Part shown: one piece after another, positions 43,599-55,344 of the stretch
Numbering within the stretch: the first letter of the stretch is position 1
How the letters are laid out: each line of letters starts with the position of its first letter
NCBI GenBank assembly: GCA_963842085.1
Contig: CAWJET010000001.1
Location: 448,001-512,000, forward strand
Length of the DNA: 64,000 bases
Origin: an uncultured delta proteobacterium
GTDB taxonomy: Bacteria > Desulfobacterota > Binatia > Binatales > Binataceae
Direction: 5' to 3'
The notes under the pieces: generated by a model
Seen by the model: the letters and a program-made list of their open reading frames with translations, nothing else
What the model was told of the DNA's origin: nothing
The model's database searches: none
Program-made: the position numbers and the translations under genes

Positions 43599-45470
43599 AC
43601 GACGGACGCTCAAACCAAATACGCCAGAAGCGGCGATGTCCACATAGCTTACCGCGTCTTCGGCGACGGCCCGCGCGATATAATCCTTGTCCCGGGAACC
43701 GTCTCGCACGTCGAGCTGTACTGGGAGCTGCCTACAAACGAATACCTACTCAAGAGGCTGTGCGCGTTCGCTCGCGTGATCGTCTTCGACAAGCGCGGCC
43801 AGGGCCTGTCCGATCGGGTGGCCGAACAAACGATGGAAGAGCGAGTGGACGACGTGCGCGCGGTGATGGATGCGGCCGGGTCGAAGCGCGCGACGATCTA
43901 TGGATGGTCCGAAGGCGGGCAATTGTCGATTACGTTCGCCGCTCGACATCCTGAACGGACGGCCGCCCTCATCCTGTACGGCAGCTACGCTTCGATGAGA
44001 TCGGAGCCGTGGATCGTCAGCCCCGAGCGCTTCGAATGGTTCTTATCGGTAATCACAAAGCACTGGGGCGAGGGGATTTTGGTCAAAGTGAATGCGCCCA
44101 GCCGAAGTAAGGACGAGGCATTCCTCAAGTGGTTCGGACGCCTCGAGCGCGCTGTCGCCAGTCCGGGCGCGATCGTGGCGTTGTTGCGCGCCAACTACGA
44201 GCTTGACGTAAGCGGGCTGTTACCTTCGATCCGGGTCCCGACCCTGATCCTGCATCGCGAGGGCGATGCGCTGGCTCCAGTGCAAGCCGGGCGTTACCTG
44301 GCTTGGAACATTCCCGGAGCAAAATATTTCGAGCTGCCGGGCGACGATCACCTGCTGCAGGCTTTCGACCTCGACGTCCTCGACATGCTGATCGATCGGA
44401 TAGAGGAATTCGTGACCGGCTCGCGCCCAGAGAGGCGGCCTCGCGAAATCCTCGCGGAACAGATGCAGCCCAAATCGCCGAGCGTTCAAGACATTGCACG
44501 CGGCGATGCGGCCGACTCCGAGAACGACTCACTGAGTGAAGCGATCGCGGAACTCGAGCGATGCCGCGAAACGATAGCGGCGGGCGGAGACGTGAGCGAT
44601 GTCGAAGGTCCACTGGCGCGAGTGCAGGCGCTGGTCGCCTCGGCTTCGGGATCGTGGCAGGACTCTGAATCGCAATTCGTGCGGGCCATCTCAAACTTCC
44701 GACGCCACAAGATGGCCTGGCAGGAAGCGCGCACGTTTGAGATCTGGGGCCGCAGCCTGATGGCCGGTCTCGATCGAAGAGGTCTGATCGAGCGGCTCGA
44801 TTCGACCATCGAAACCTACCGACGACGGAGCCTCGCCAACGGCAACAGTGCGGCTCAGAACGCTACGAAAATCACCGTGCAGGAAGAGTCCTCGCCTGCG
44901 GTGTTTCAGCCCGAGGGCGATTACTGGACGGTTTCGTGGCAGGGAAAAATTGTCCGGCTCAAGGACGCCAAGGGCTTTCATTACATCGCGTACCTGTTGG
45001 CAAATGCCGGGCGTCAGGTGCCGGCGTACGAGCTGGCGGCGCTGGGCAAATGTGCACAAGACGAGCGGTCGGCTAATGCTAATGGGCGCACCGTCGGGAG
45101 CCTTGGCGACGCGGGACCGGTGATAGATTGCACCGCGCGCGAACGCTACAAACGGCGCATCGACGAACTGCGCTCAGAACTCGCGGACGCCGAGCGGCTC
45201 AACGACACTGGACGCGCAGGGCGTCTGCGCTGGGAGCTTGAGTCGCTTTGCGATCAGATCGCTTCATCTGTCGGATTGCGCGGGCGCGTTCGTACTGACG
45301 GATCGCATCGTGAACGCGCACGCCAAATGGTTACCAAGTCGGTCAAGGCAGCGATTGCGAAGGTCCGCGCCGGCAACGCCGCGCTGGGGCACTACTTTGC
45401 TACGTCGATCAAGACCGGCAACTTCTGCGCCTATGATCCCGGCCCCCAGAACATTTCCTGGCGGCTATAG
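43599..45470 (+). CDS. Alpha/beta-hydrolase sensor + helical repeat region + C-terminal regulator-like domain; apparent ACG start
   Basis: Frame open from 43599 ([17 protein letters not shown]); GWSEGG; [31 protein letters not shown]. Confidence 0.8.
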   Translation, partial: TTDAQTKYARSGDVHIAYRVFGDGPRDIILVPGTVSHVELYWELPTNEYLLKRLCAFARVIVFDKRGQGLSDRVAEQTMEERVDDVRAVMDAAGSKRATIYGWSEGGQLSITFAARHPERTAALILYGSYASMRSEPWIVSPERFEWFLSVITKHWGEGILVKVNAPSRSKDEAFLKWFGRLERAVASPGAIVALLRANYELDVSGLLPSIRVPTLILHREGDALAPVQAGRYLAWNIPGAKYFELPGDDHLLQAFDLDVLDMLIDRIEEFVTGSRPERRPREILAEQMQPKSPSVQDIARGDAADSENDSLSEAIAELERCRETIAAGGDVSDVEGPLARVQALVASASGSWQDSESQFVRAISNFRRHKMAWQEARTFEIWGRSLMAGLDRRGLIERLDSTIETYRRRSLANGNSAAQNATKITVQEESSPAVFQPEGDYWTVSWQGKIVRLKDAKGFHYIAYLLANAGRQVPAYELAALGKCAQDERSANANGRTVGSLGDAGPVIDCTARERYKRRIDELRSELADAERLNDTGRAGRLRWELESLCDQIASSVGLRGRVRTDGSHRERARQMVTKSVKAAIAKVRAGNAALGHYFATSIKTGNFCAYDPGPQNISWRL

Positions 45471-45599
45471 GCGCGCATCCGGAATCACAGAGTAGTTTCA
45501 TTTGTCCTCTCCGTTGGCACATCGTGCCAGGAGTTTTCACGCTTTCATGGTTGAGGGCCGCTATCACTCACGGAGCGGTGCCAAGGGAGGAACCATCAA

Positions 45600-46163
45600 A
45601 TGCGTACGATTTCGACCACAATAGTTTTGGCGATAGCTGCGACGCTGGCCTTCGCGACACATGCCATGGCGCAGGGAAACTCGCAACCGCTTGCGCAGGT
45701 CATAGCGCTGGACGAATGCGATCCGGAATCGTTTAACGCCGCGCTTAGCGAAAGCGGAGGCGGCTTTTGTCATAACGTTTCGCTCGCCGCCTTTGGTTAT
45801 GCGACCACCCTGAGTGATCTTCTCACGGGCGCCGAGAGCGGGACCCCCGATCCGGGCTGGGACTTCGAGCCCGACCAGCTCACAATCAAACAGGGAACAA
45901 TCCTCTCAGTCGTCGATCAGGGCGGCGAGCCGCACACCTTCACCGAGGTGAAAGCGTTCGGAAACGGATTCCTGCCGCCGCTCAACCCCGGCAGCTCGAC
46001 CACCGTTATCCCCGAGTGCAGCGGCGGCTTTAAGAACATAGCTGTAGCCCGCACGCGAGTTGTTCAAGGCAGTCATCTCGATATCACGGGACTGTCCAAG
46101 GGCAAGCACCTGTTCCAATGCTGCATCCATCCCTGGATGCGCATGGAAGTCGACGTGAAGTAA
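45600..46163 (+). CDS. Secreted cupredoxin-like (type 1 copper) protein
   Basis: Signal peptide AMA-Q, GGEPHTFT, FQCCIHPWMRM. Confidence 0.82.
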   Translation: MRTISTTIVLAIAATLAFATHAMAQGNSQPLAQVIALDECDPESFNAALSESGGGFCHNVSLAAFGYATTLSDLLTGAESGTPDPGWDFEPDQLTIKQGTILSVVDQGGEPHTFTEVKAFGNGFLPPLNPGSSTTVIPECSGGFKNIAVARTRVVQGSHLDITGLSKGKHLFQCCIHPWMRMEVDVK

Positions 46164-46214
46164 TTCGCGCCGCGCGTGCCGAAACGCGTGGCCAATCCGC
46201 AGTAGCGCGAGACG

Positions 46215-47534
46215 ATGGATAGTCCGGTCCAATACGCGAGGAGCGGCGATGTTCACATCGCTTACCGCGTTTTCGGCGACGGCCCGCGCGACATCGTGCT
46301 GATGCCGGGAACGCTGTCGCACGTCGAACTCTACTGGGAACTGCCCGCCAACGAGTACATGCTCAAGCGACTCACTTCTTTCGCGCGGGTAATCGTCTTC
46401 GACAAGCGTGGCCAGGGGCTCTCGGATCGGGTCGCCGAGCAGACCCTCGAAGAACGAATTGGTGATGTGCGCGCAGCACTGGATGCGGCCGGCTCCAAGC
46501 GCACGGCCGTCTTTGGCTGGTCGGAAGGCGGCCCGATGTCATTGATGTTCGCCGCCACCTATCCCGAGCGAACCTCGGCTCTCGTGACGTTCGGCGCCTT
46601 TGCTTCAATGAGGGCGCAACCATGGGCGCTCAGCCAGGAGCAATTCAATCGATTCCTTGCGGCACTGGACGCGCACTGGGGCGAAGGCGTCCTCGTCGGC
46701 ATTAATGCTCCGAGTCTGCGCAATGATGAGGTCTTCGTCCAGGCATTCGGCCGGCTGGAGCGCAACGCGGCGAGTCCGGGAGCTATCCTCGCGCTGTTTC
46801 GAGGCGACTACGAAACCGATACCCGCCACCTGCTGCCCTCGATCCGGGTGCCCGCCCTGATCCTTCATCGCAAGGGTGATTCGCTGGTCCCGGTCGCATG
46901 CGGGCGTGACATGGCCTCGAAGATTCCGGGGGCTAAGTATGTCGAACTCCCCGGTGAGGACCATCTGCTCCAGGCCCTCCCTCCGGATTTGCTGGACCGT
47001 CTTCTCGATGAAATCGAGGAATTCATCACCGGCGTGCGCCATCGTCCGGACCCGGACCGGGTGCTTGCCACCGTGATGTTCACAGATATAGTGCGCTCCA
47101 CCGAGCGCGCCGCCGAGATGGGCGACTTCAGATGGCGCGAGCTGCTCAACGACTACTACGCCGCGGTGCGAAAGGAGCTGGCCGTTTTCCGCGGGCGCGA
47201 GGTCAACACTGCCGGCGACGGGCTGCTCGCCACCTTCGATGGGCCGAACCGGGCGATACGGTGCGCCTGTTCGGTGCGCGAAAGGCTTCGTCCGCTGGGA
47301 CTTGAGGTCCGGACCGGGCTCCACACCGGCGAGTGCGAGTTGATCGGCGACGACGTAGGCGGCATCGCGGTGCATATTGCGGCGCGCGTCGCAGCCACTG
47401 CCGAACCGGACGAAGTGCTGGTTTCCAGCACCGTTCGAGACTTGGTCGCCGGTTCCGGCCTGCGCTTCGCGGACCGGGGCATGCATGGCCTCAAGGGCGT
47501 GCCCGAGGAATGGCGTCTTTTCCTCGTTCAGTAA
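46215..47534 (+). CDS. Alpha/beta hydrolase + class III adenylate cyclase (LipJ-like)
   Basis: GWSEGG; VMFTDIVRST, TAGDGLLATF, GLHTGE, AVHIAARV. Confidence 0.92.
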   Translation: MDSPVQYARSGDVHIAYRVFGDGPRDIVLMPGTLSHVELYWELPANEYMLKRLTSFARVIVFDKRGQGLSDRVAEQTLEERIGDVRAALDAAGSKRTAVFGWSEGGPMSLMFAATYPERTSALVTFGAFASMRAQPWALSQEQFNRFLAALDAHWGEGVLVGINAPSLRNDEVFVQAFGRLERNAASPGAILALFRGDYETDTRHLLPSIRVPALILHRKGDSLVPVACGRDMASKIPGAKYVELPGEDHLLQALPPDLLDRLLDEIEEFITGVRHRPDPDRVLATVMFTDIVRSTERAAEMGDFRWRELLNDYYAAVRKELAVFRGREVNTAGDGLLATFDGPNRAIRCACSVRERLRPLGLEVRTGLHTGECELIGDDVGGIAVHIAARVAATAEPDEVLVSSTVRDLVAGSGLRFADRGMHGLKGVPEEWRLFLVQ

Positions 47535-47552
47535 CCGATCGCCAAAGCCCAC

Positions 47553-47596
47553 CCTCCACCACGGGGCCGCTTCGCTGTGAAGCCCCATGGTGGAGG
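47553..47596 (+). terminator. GC-rich hairpin after the cyclase gene
   Basis: CCTCCACCA.GGGGC...GCCCC.TGGTGGAGG; no U-tract. Confidence 0.4.
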
Positions 47597-48079
47597 CCGA
47601 ACAAACTGGAAAGGAAAATCAGATGACAGTCACCAATCGCGACCGCGCCGAATGGGCTCGCAACGCCCTGGGGGGCTTTCGCCGCGAAACAAAATGCGAC
47701 TACGAGGGTAGCACCGCCTTCTGCGTACATTGCAAATACACAGGCCCTGTCTCCGGGTTCGACGCCCCTTCTACCGACGGAACTACTGGCAACGAGAAAG
47801 GCGGTGCGGCATGAGCAACAAGCCAGCGACCGTTATCGACGCGGCGATCGCCGCAAACCTTGCGGCGCTCGCCCAGCGCCTCGAAGAAGCCACCGCCGTC
47901 GCGCGCGAAGCATCGAGCGCGATGGAGAACCGTCACCGCAATCTCGCCATCGGTACGCTGCTCGTGATCGAAGAGATGCTGCCTGAAGCACAGGCGCTTT
48001 GGGGACGATTACTTCTTCCGGAGTATGACGGAGCCGGAGGCTGCCGAGGTTTCCGGACGCGAGGCGATCATGGTCAGAC

Positions 48080-48268
48080 AATCCGCTCATTGAGCATTAG
48101 GGGAGGCCACAGTCCCGAAAGCATCCTGAGCGAAGGCGAACAGAGAGCCGTCGCCCTCGCGGACTTCCTGACAGAAATTGCGCTCAATCCCGCCAATGCG
48201 GGTATCGTTCTCGATGACCCGGTCACCTCCCAGGATCACCAGAGAAAAGAGCTCATCGCACGCCGCGC
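48080..48268 (+). pseudogene. ABC/SMC-type ATPase fragment (signature and Walker B)
   Basis: LSEGEQRAVALADFL..IVLDDPVTSQD. Confidence 0.7.
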
Positions 48269-48391
48269 TGCTTCTCGTCCCGATTACCTTGTTTGCGTTC
48301 GCACGACATACGTTCGCGCAGCAAAAGCCTACACCGCTCCGCCAAGAATCAGGATGCCGTACAGCATCGTGTGACTGGGCACGCGTACTTA

Positions 48392-49309
48392 TCAGGCTGG
48401 ACGAGAACCTGCTTGTGCAAGGCGCCGCTTCGCCTCCTGTAGCACGTCCTCGGGAAGCGGCCCCTTAAGAGCGGCAGCAATATTATCTCGCAAATGCCCA
48501 ACGTCCCTCGTTCCTACAATCGTCGTGTCCAGGTCTGGATTGGAAAGGGTGAAACGCAACGTGAACTCCATGCGGCTCACGCCATTGAGCAATTCGTCCA
48601 GATGCGCCTCTTGCCAACGATCGCGCATCGTATTCCGCGGCATCATCCGGGATGCCCGCCCTTCCCAGTCGGTAGGCGCGCCCCGCGCTACTCCGCCGCG
48701 GATGACGATTCCGGCGCCGGCCGCCGCGGCCCGAGAGATCGCCTGCTCATGCTCGCGCTGAAGCGCTGAATACGGAATCTGGAACTCGTCAAACACACCC
48801 ATATCGACCTGCTCGAGCAGGTTGGGTAGGGTGGCGGACACCCCGATGAAGCGCACCTTGCCTTCTTTCTTGAGCGCCAAGACCGTCTCCAGCGCACCCG
48901 TTTCCTCAAACTCCTTGCGAGTGAGGCTCCGATGAAACTGCACCAGGTCCAGATGGTCCGTCTTCATCTTGCGCAAGCTCTGCTCGATGCCGATTCGAAT
49001 ATTTTCCGGCGTGTGAACGTGGTCGGAACCTCCCGGCATCCCGGGCACGCAACCGCATTTGGACGCAAGGAAGTATTCCGAGCGCCGATGCGCGATGAAA
49101 CGTCCGATCAACTCTTCGCTGCGTCCATAGTCGATGGACGTATCAATAAAGTTGATGCCGGCGTCCAAAACCGCGTTCAGTACTCTCTCTGCTGTTTCGT
49201 CGGAGACTTCCGGACCCCGTGGTGCCCCTCGCAGCTCCATCGCGCCGTAGCCCAGTGTCGTAATTTCAAGGCCCGTGCGGCCCAGCCTTCGTTTTGCCAA
49301 TTCGCTCAT
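48392..49309 (-). CDS. Aldo/keto reductase
   Basis: LGYGAMEL, GINFIDTS..YG.SE, LASKCG, SLRKMKTDHLDL, GKVRFIGVS. Confidence 0.92.
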   Translation of the reverse strand: MSELAKRRLGRTGLEITTLGYGAMELRGAPRGPEVSDETAERVLNAVLDAGINFIDTSIDYGRSEELIGRFIAHRRSEYFLASKCGCVPGMPGGSDHVHTPENIRIGIEQSLRKMKTDHLDLVQFHRSLTRKEFEETGALETVLALKKEGKVRFIGVSATLPNLLEQVDMGVFDEFQIPYSALQREHEQAISRAAAAGAGIVIRGGVARGAPTDWEGRASRMMPRNTMRDRWQEAHLDELLNGVSRMEFTLRFTLSNPDLDTTIVGTRDVGHLRDNIAAALKGPLPEDVLQEAKRRLAQAGSRPA

Positions 49310-49589
49310 AGTAAACCCTCCTCGATAATCAGGATCCAGCCTCACCGGCGTTGTGCGGCTTGAACGTGGTCGTGAACGCTATCACGATATTGCCGCAGTG
49401 GCATTGCGCGTGAAGAGTGTGCATTGTCGCCCTCCACGACGATCTCTTCGGACCGAAGCCTAGAGCGAACGTTTTAACTTTTCTATCGCGCCTCGACCCT
49501 TGCCGCCGGCGCTCCGGCCACGCGGGGCACCCTGTTTTGACAGCGGCGCGGAGCAGAACGCATACCAGAATCACCAGAAGCGATCCTCT

Positions 49590-49792
49590 TCGTCGTTTGG
49601 CTTTCCTGCATCACCGGCTGATCTTCGTGTGGATGTACCGACTGTTCCCATCGATTCTGGATGCAATCACCGTGGTCAAACCCGAGACGGTGATCCGTTG
49701 GCATCGGCGCGGCTTTCGGGCTTACTGGCGCTGGAAATCCCGCCGACGTCGTGGCCGCCCCAGAATCGACCGCGAGATCCGCGATCTCATCG
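49590..49792 (+). mobile_element. IS3-like integrase-core transposase N-terminal remnant
   Basis: VVKPETVIRWHRRGFRAYWRWKS..GRPRIDREIRDLI. Confidence 0.8.
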
Positions 49793-49816
49793 ATGCGGGC
49801 CAGAGAGAACCTCGCA

Positions 49817-49955
49817 ATGAAAACCATCTACCGCGCCGAAGCAATCGGATCGTTGCTGCGTCCACGCCTGTCTTCGGAGTGCTCGGCGGTCGCTGCGGTG
49901 GAGAGAGATAACAACCGCTGAGTTCAAGAAAATCGAAGATCGCGCAGTCGACCCC
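49817..49955 (+). pseudogene. Methionine synthase II N-terminal fragment
   Basis: MKTIYRAEAIGSLLRP..GEITTAEFKKIEDRAVD across a frameshift. Confidence 0.7.
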
Positions 49956-49998
49956 CTCTAGCCTGTTCCGTGATTCCCGCCATGAGTCAAACACTCAC

Positions 49999-50500
49999 TC
50001 ACGGCCGGCGGCGTATGTGTTCCTTCTCGCTTTCGGTTAGGTCCGACAGGTCGAGTTCGGGCTGCGGGTCGGGTTCGGGATCGCCAATACTGCGCGCCGC
50101 GTCTGTGGCTTGTTTTGCATGTCTCTTTTCCCCGCGAAAGATATCGCGGAGAGTGTTCAACTGCCGATGGCAATTCACTAGGGCTTCATAAACGATCGAC
50201 TCAAGGTAATCGCCGCCCCTGCTCCGCTGGTCTCTTCTGAGTATTTGAAAGACTGCGACAACCGGGTCATGCGGCTCCCATCTAGGAAAGTTTGCAGGTT
50301 TGACACGGACCCAATCGGCCACAATTGCTTTGTATTCATCGGTGCTGCCCTCGGCTGCGAAGTCGAGCAGTTCTTTTCTCGAAAGAATGAGTTGCGCCTT
50401 GGACAGGTCGCCCGTAGATGACACTGTTCCGCAATACAGCGCGGCCGCGCATAAAGATAGAGACTCGCGAGCGATCAATGAGTCGCTGCCGGAGTCCGGC
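49999..50500 (-). CDS. Hypothetical protein (start uncertain)
   Basis: Long open frame with protein-like composition and no recognised motif. Confidence 0.35.
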
Positions 50501-50652
50501 TTGATGTGCTCGTCGGGCTTGCGAAAACCGTCAGATCTGTACTGATACCCCAGTCCCGCGCCAGTTCGAGTACGCCGTCGTAGAGGTCGCTTTCCTCGGC
50601 TCTCTCGTCCCGAAATCAATGGTCTCGTCAACTTGCTGCCACCCTCAAAGCC

Positions 50653-51528
50653 TTGTCGATGACGAGTAACCGTAACCGTGCGGTCGCCGCGGCGATGGGC
50701 GCTGCTGCAGCGCTTGGCCTGACAGTCGATGATGCGATCGTGCTCCAGGAGTCGAACAAGCTCGCTGTGCGCCTGCTGCCGTGCGACGTTCTTGCTCGGG
50801 TCGCGGAGGAGCGCATCAAGCGCTGGGCGGAGTTCGAAGTCGAGCTTGCTTTACGGCTCGCGGAAACCGGGAGCCCCGTAGCAGCGCTTGAGCCTCGGGT
50901 CGCGCCGGGCGTCTACGTGCGTGACGGCTTTGTGGTCACGCTGTGGACCTACTACGAACCTGTGCCGTCCCGAGAGTTCGCGCCAGCCGACTACGCGCGC
51001 GCGCTCGAACGGCTGCATGACTGCATGCGGCAGATCGACTTCCCTACACCGCACTTTACGGATCGAATCACCGACGCCCAGCGGCTTATCGGAAGCCGTG
51101 ACCAGACTCCAGAGCTCGTTGACGCGGACCGTGAGCTTCTCAGCAACACGTTACGAAGTCTGCGGCAGGCGATCAGCGCTCGCGGGCGCCCCGAACAACT
51201 CCTGCACGGCGAGCCACACCCGGGCAACGTGCTCAGGACGAAGAAGGGCCTGCTGTTCATTGACCTCGAGACCTGTTGCCGCGGGCCCGTCGAGTTCGAT
51301 CTCGCCTACGTGCCCGAAGAGGTGAGCGTGCTCTACCGAAGCACCGATCAACAGCTGCTCCGCGAATGCCGGGTCCTGATGCTTGCGATGGTGGCAGCAT
51401 GGCGCTGGGATCGAAACGACCAATTCCCCAACGGGCGACAAGCAGCGCGAGAATTCGTCAGCGAGCTCCGGGCGGCACTGTCGGGCGCACCTTTCTCGAC
51501 GCACTTGCCGCGCTGGACTGACATCTGA
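50653..51528 (+). CDS. Aminoglycoside phosphotransferase family kinase
   Basis: LLHGEPHPGNVL, FIDLE, GPVEFDLA. Confidence 0.88.
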   Translation: MSMTSNRNRAVAAAMGAAAALGLTVDDAIVLQESNKLAVRLLPCDVLARVAEERIKRWAEFEVELALRLAETGSPVAALEPRVAPGVYVRDGFVVTLWTYYEPVPSREFAPADYARALERLHDCMRQIDFPTPHFTDRITDAQRLIGSRDQTPELVDADRELLSNTLRSLRQAISARGRPEQLLHGEPHPGNVLRTKKGLLFIDLETCCRGPVEFDLAYVPEEVSVLYRSTDQQLLRECRVLMLAMVAAWRWDRNDQFPNGRQAAREFVSELRAALSGAPFSTHLPRWTDI

Positions 51529-51580
51529 ATCGCTGGTGGACGATAAAAATTGGAGCTAGTTCGTTGAGCTCTTTGCCCCA

Positions 51581-51700
51581 CTAAGTAATGACGTCCATCT
51601 TTTCCGCCATCTCGCGCTTGGACTCCGCCATTAGGTGAGTGTAAGTGTCGGCAGTTAGCTGGATTGTCGAGTGCCCAAGCACCTCCGAAATCATTCGCAT
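51581..51700 (-). pseudogene. Tyrosine integrase C-terminal fragment
   Basis: MRMISEVLGHSTIQLTADTYTHL (LGH..Y catalytic box), translated by hand. Confidence 0.8.
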
Positions 51701-52173
51701 TGAATAAGATAGCGCGCGGCGCTACGACAACAAGGACGATCGTGAATCGAGCGTTACTCAAACCGTACTTCACCGGGCTTTATGAATATGTCGCTAATGC
51801 GACTTGACTGTCGGTAAGCGCCGAATGCTCGGCGAAGGCGACGATCCTGTTTGACAACTTCTTCACTGGTGCCGCACGACCGCGTCGATCTCGCGGCCGC
51901 TCAAACCCCCCTGCTCCAGCAACGCGAACGCGACGACCTCGACCCAGCGCCAGCGCATCGCGATAAGGTCGTCGACCTCGGGCCGAAGCTGCGCGAACCT
52001 TCGTTGTCCAGATCGATCTGGTCCTAACAGGGCGCCTGTGCGGCGGGTCTGCGCGACACCTCGTGCGTGAGCTTCCTCTTCGGCGGGGTCATCACGCCGA
52101 TCGTGCCCGGCGGCGAGGTGCCGCGCGATCGGTAGCATAGGCGCGACCATCTCGATCAAAAAAAGAACGAAAC

Positions 52174-52600
52174 TTACTCGTCGCTCGCTGGGCGGCGACG
52201 CTCGCGATAATTCGCGATCGCCTTGGGCAGGTTGTATAAGTACTGAAGAAGATAGTCGAGAAACTCGACCACATCGCGGCTGTCCGCTGCGCCGGCGCCC
52301 CGACTTTCGTCATCTGGGTGCGTGGCGTCGTTGCCCAGCAACCGTACTTCATCAGACCACTCACGCATCAGCGGGAGGACGCCCTGATCCGATAGACTCT
52401 TGTTGATCTCTTCTTTGAGGTTGTTTCCCTCAGCCCCCTGATCGCGAAGCGCAGCTTGCAGGGCGGTGCGGGCCATAATAGCTGCAGCATCCCAACTCTC
52501 GCTCTGAAGGCTTCGGTGCGCCTGTTGCCAGCAGCGCCTTACTTCGGGAGGCCAATATTCGGGCGGATCAGGCACATGCAGCGGCCACGGTAGAACGCGA
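52174..52600 (-). pseudogene. DUF4145 (HEPN-like) domain, probably 5'-truncated
   Basis: AAAIMARTALQ..NLKEEI..VRLLGNDATH. Confidence 0.7.
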
Positions 52601-53038
52601 AAATCGTGCAGTGTCTTCGACCCGCTGTACTCACTCGCTGACCACAACACCTGAACATATCCAGCGCAGTATCTCCGGTTTGTCGCGAATGCCCAGCCCG
52701 GACCTCGGGTGTCGTGTTCAGCGCGGCGATCGCCTGCTTCAAATGAAGCTCGGCTTCCTGGGCGGCGCCGCGCATCATTCCCTGCCGGCCTGCGCGGTCC
52801 ATGTACTGGACCGCTTTCTAGGCGTTCGAGCTGCGGCCGTACTGGTAAGCGAGTTGGCTCAGATGGTCATCGATCGATTGAGCGCACGCGATCCTGACGA
52901 CCGATCAGTTGATGGCGCCGCTGCCCGCGCCTGCACTTGGCAAGAAACAGTCGGAGCTGGCTGCTTAGCTCTTTGGCGTTCAGCCAGTACCTAAATGAGT
53001 AGCGGCTATGCTAAGAAAGCGGCGGGGAGGGCCTTCAC

Positions 53039-53980
53039 ATGCTAAGCCGTGCAGCTAGTCGAATAGTGAAGAACGAGGCGATGGACAGTGGCAGGTGGTC
53101 GGCCTACAAACCGCGCTCCGGCGATATCATCATCGGCACCGCGCCAAAGGTGGGTACCCATTGGACGTTGCAAATAGTCAGCCTGCTCGTATTTCAATCA
53201 CCTGAGCCGAGAGACTTAGGGTTTGCGCCGTGGCTCGATGCGCAATTCCTGGCGCCGCTCGACGAGGTGCTCAAAAAGATCGAGTCTCAAGCTCATCGCA
53301 GGATTCTCTTCTCGCATCTGCCGTTTGACGCCATGCCGATTTACGACGAGGTTCAGTACATCCACGTAGCACGCGATGGCCGCGACGCCTGCATGTCACT
53401 GCTAAACCACGTTAGCAACATGACTACCGACCATTTCAATCGGATCGCTGAGAACCGTCGCGACGGCGACACTATCGAGCGTGCGATGAGGGAATCGCCC
53501 AGGGAGCCGCGCGAGTTTTTTCTTCATTGGATCGAGGCGGGCACCAGCCGTGATATAGATCGTGCCGACTGGTTCTTCGAAATCGAGCGCTCCTACTGGT
53601 CGGAGCGTCATCGCCCAAATCTGTTGCTGGTACACTTCAACGATTTGAAGGCCAACCTGTCAGATGAGATGCGACATATCTCCGCGTTTCTTGACATTCC
53701 GGTGAATGAGGCGATTTGGCCGAAGCTCGTCGAGGCAGCGACGTTCGACTCGATGAAGCAAAATGGTGCGCAGATTCTTGCGAAACTCGAACACCTATTC
53801 CGAGGCGGCCACGAGACATTTCTCCATCAGGGCACGAACGAGCGATGGCGCGATGTGCTGACCGAAGCCGATCTGGCGCTTTACGAAAAGCACGCGCATA
53901 CCGCACTTTCGCTGGGACTTTTCAACTGGCTGCGCAACGGCCGGCGCGTCGCAGGCGACCCGGTCTCGATGCCGGATTGA
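53039..53980 (+). CDS. Sulfotransferase domain protein
   Basis: APKVGTHW (PAPS loop), SHLP, RDGRDACMS, ATFDSMK. Confidence 0.9.
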   Translation: MLSRAASRIVKNEAMDSGRWSAYKPRSGDIIIGTAPKVGTHWTLQIVSLLVFQSPEPRDLGFAPWLDAQFLAPLDEVLKKIESQAHRRILFSHLPFDAMPIYDEVQYIHVARDGRDACMSLLNHVSNMTTDHFNRIAENRRDGDTIERAMRESPREPREFFLHWIEAGTSRDIDRADWFFEIERSYWSERHRPNLLLVHFNDLKANLSDEMRHISAFLDIPVNEAIWPKLVEAATFDSMKQNGAQILAKLEHLFRGGHETFLHQGTNERWRDVLTEADLALYEKHAHTALSLGLFNWLRNGRRVAGDPVSMPD

Positions 53981-54007
53981 GAAGCGCGCTTGTTGCCTCT
54001 CAAGTGA

Positions 54008-54100
54008 TGGCAGCGTGGTGTCTTCTATCAGATCTATCCACGATCTTTTTCGATTCGAACCGCGACGGGATCGGCGATCCCGACGGCATCACTGCCAAGC

Positions 54101-54101
<1 letters not shown>
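54008..54101 (+). pseudogene. GH13 alpha-glucosidase N-terminal fragment
   Basis: WQRGVFYQIYPRS..DSNRDGIGD..GITAKL. Confidence 0.75.
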
Positions 54102-54890
<789 letters not shown>

Positions 54891-55344
54891 AACGACCTCC
54901 TTCAAGAAAATGCGAGCGCCTGGACCGCTTTCGAGTGATGACGATTAGAACGAGGTAGCCTCGCCTCGCTCCAGGCTTTCGCTGCGTCAGCCGGGTCCCA
55001 GAACGGACCAAATGCGCCTATCTTTTTGCACACCTCTTGAGCCTCGAGCAAACAGTTGGGAAATGTGGAAGAGTTCATCCCACGTTTCCAGACTCAGTTC
55101 AACCGCTGTGGCTATCTTTCGACGGTCTTCGCGGCAGACGACTGTCCTGAAAACGACCGTTTCCCGGACAAAAACAAAACGCAACAGAATTCGTGTCTTG
55201 TAAGTCCGGAAAATCTGTCCGTCAATTCTAACTCCCATCTCCGCTATCAATTCCTCTTTCGAGTGCGTCGCAGAGGCGAAGGCTGCGGCCTCTGTGATTC
55301 TCTCGCGAGCGAGCCGCTTTTCGTGACCGGTGCTGTGGGTCAGT

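Noticed and set aside
47730-48374. 214-aa ORF as a single gene
   Set aside because: It is a chimera of a small hypothetical fragment and an ABC-ATPase fragment
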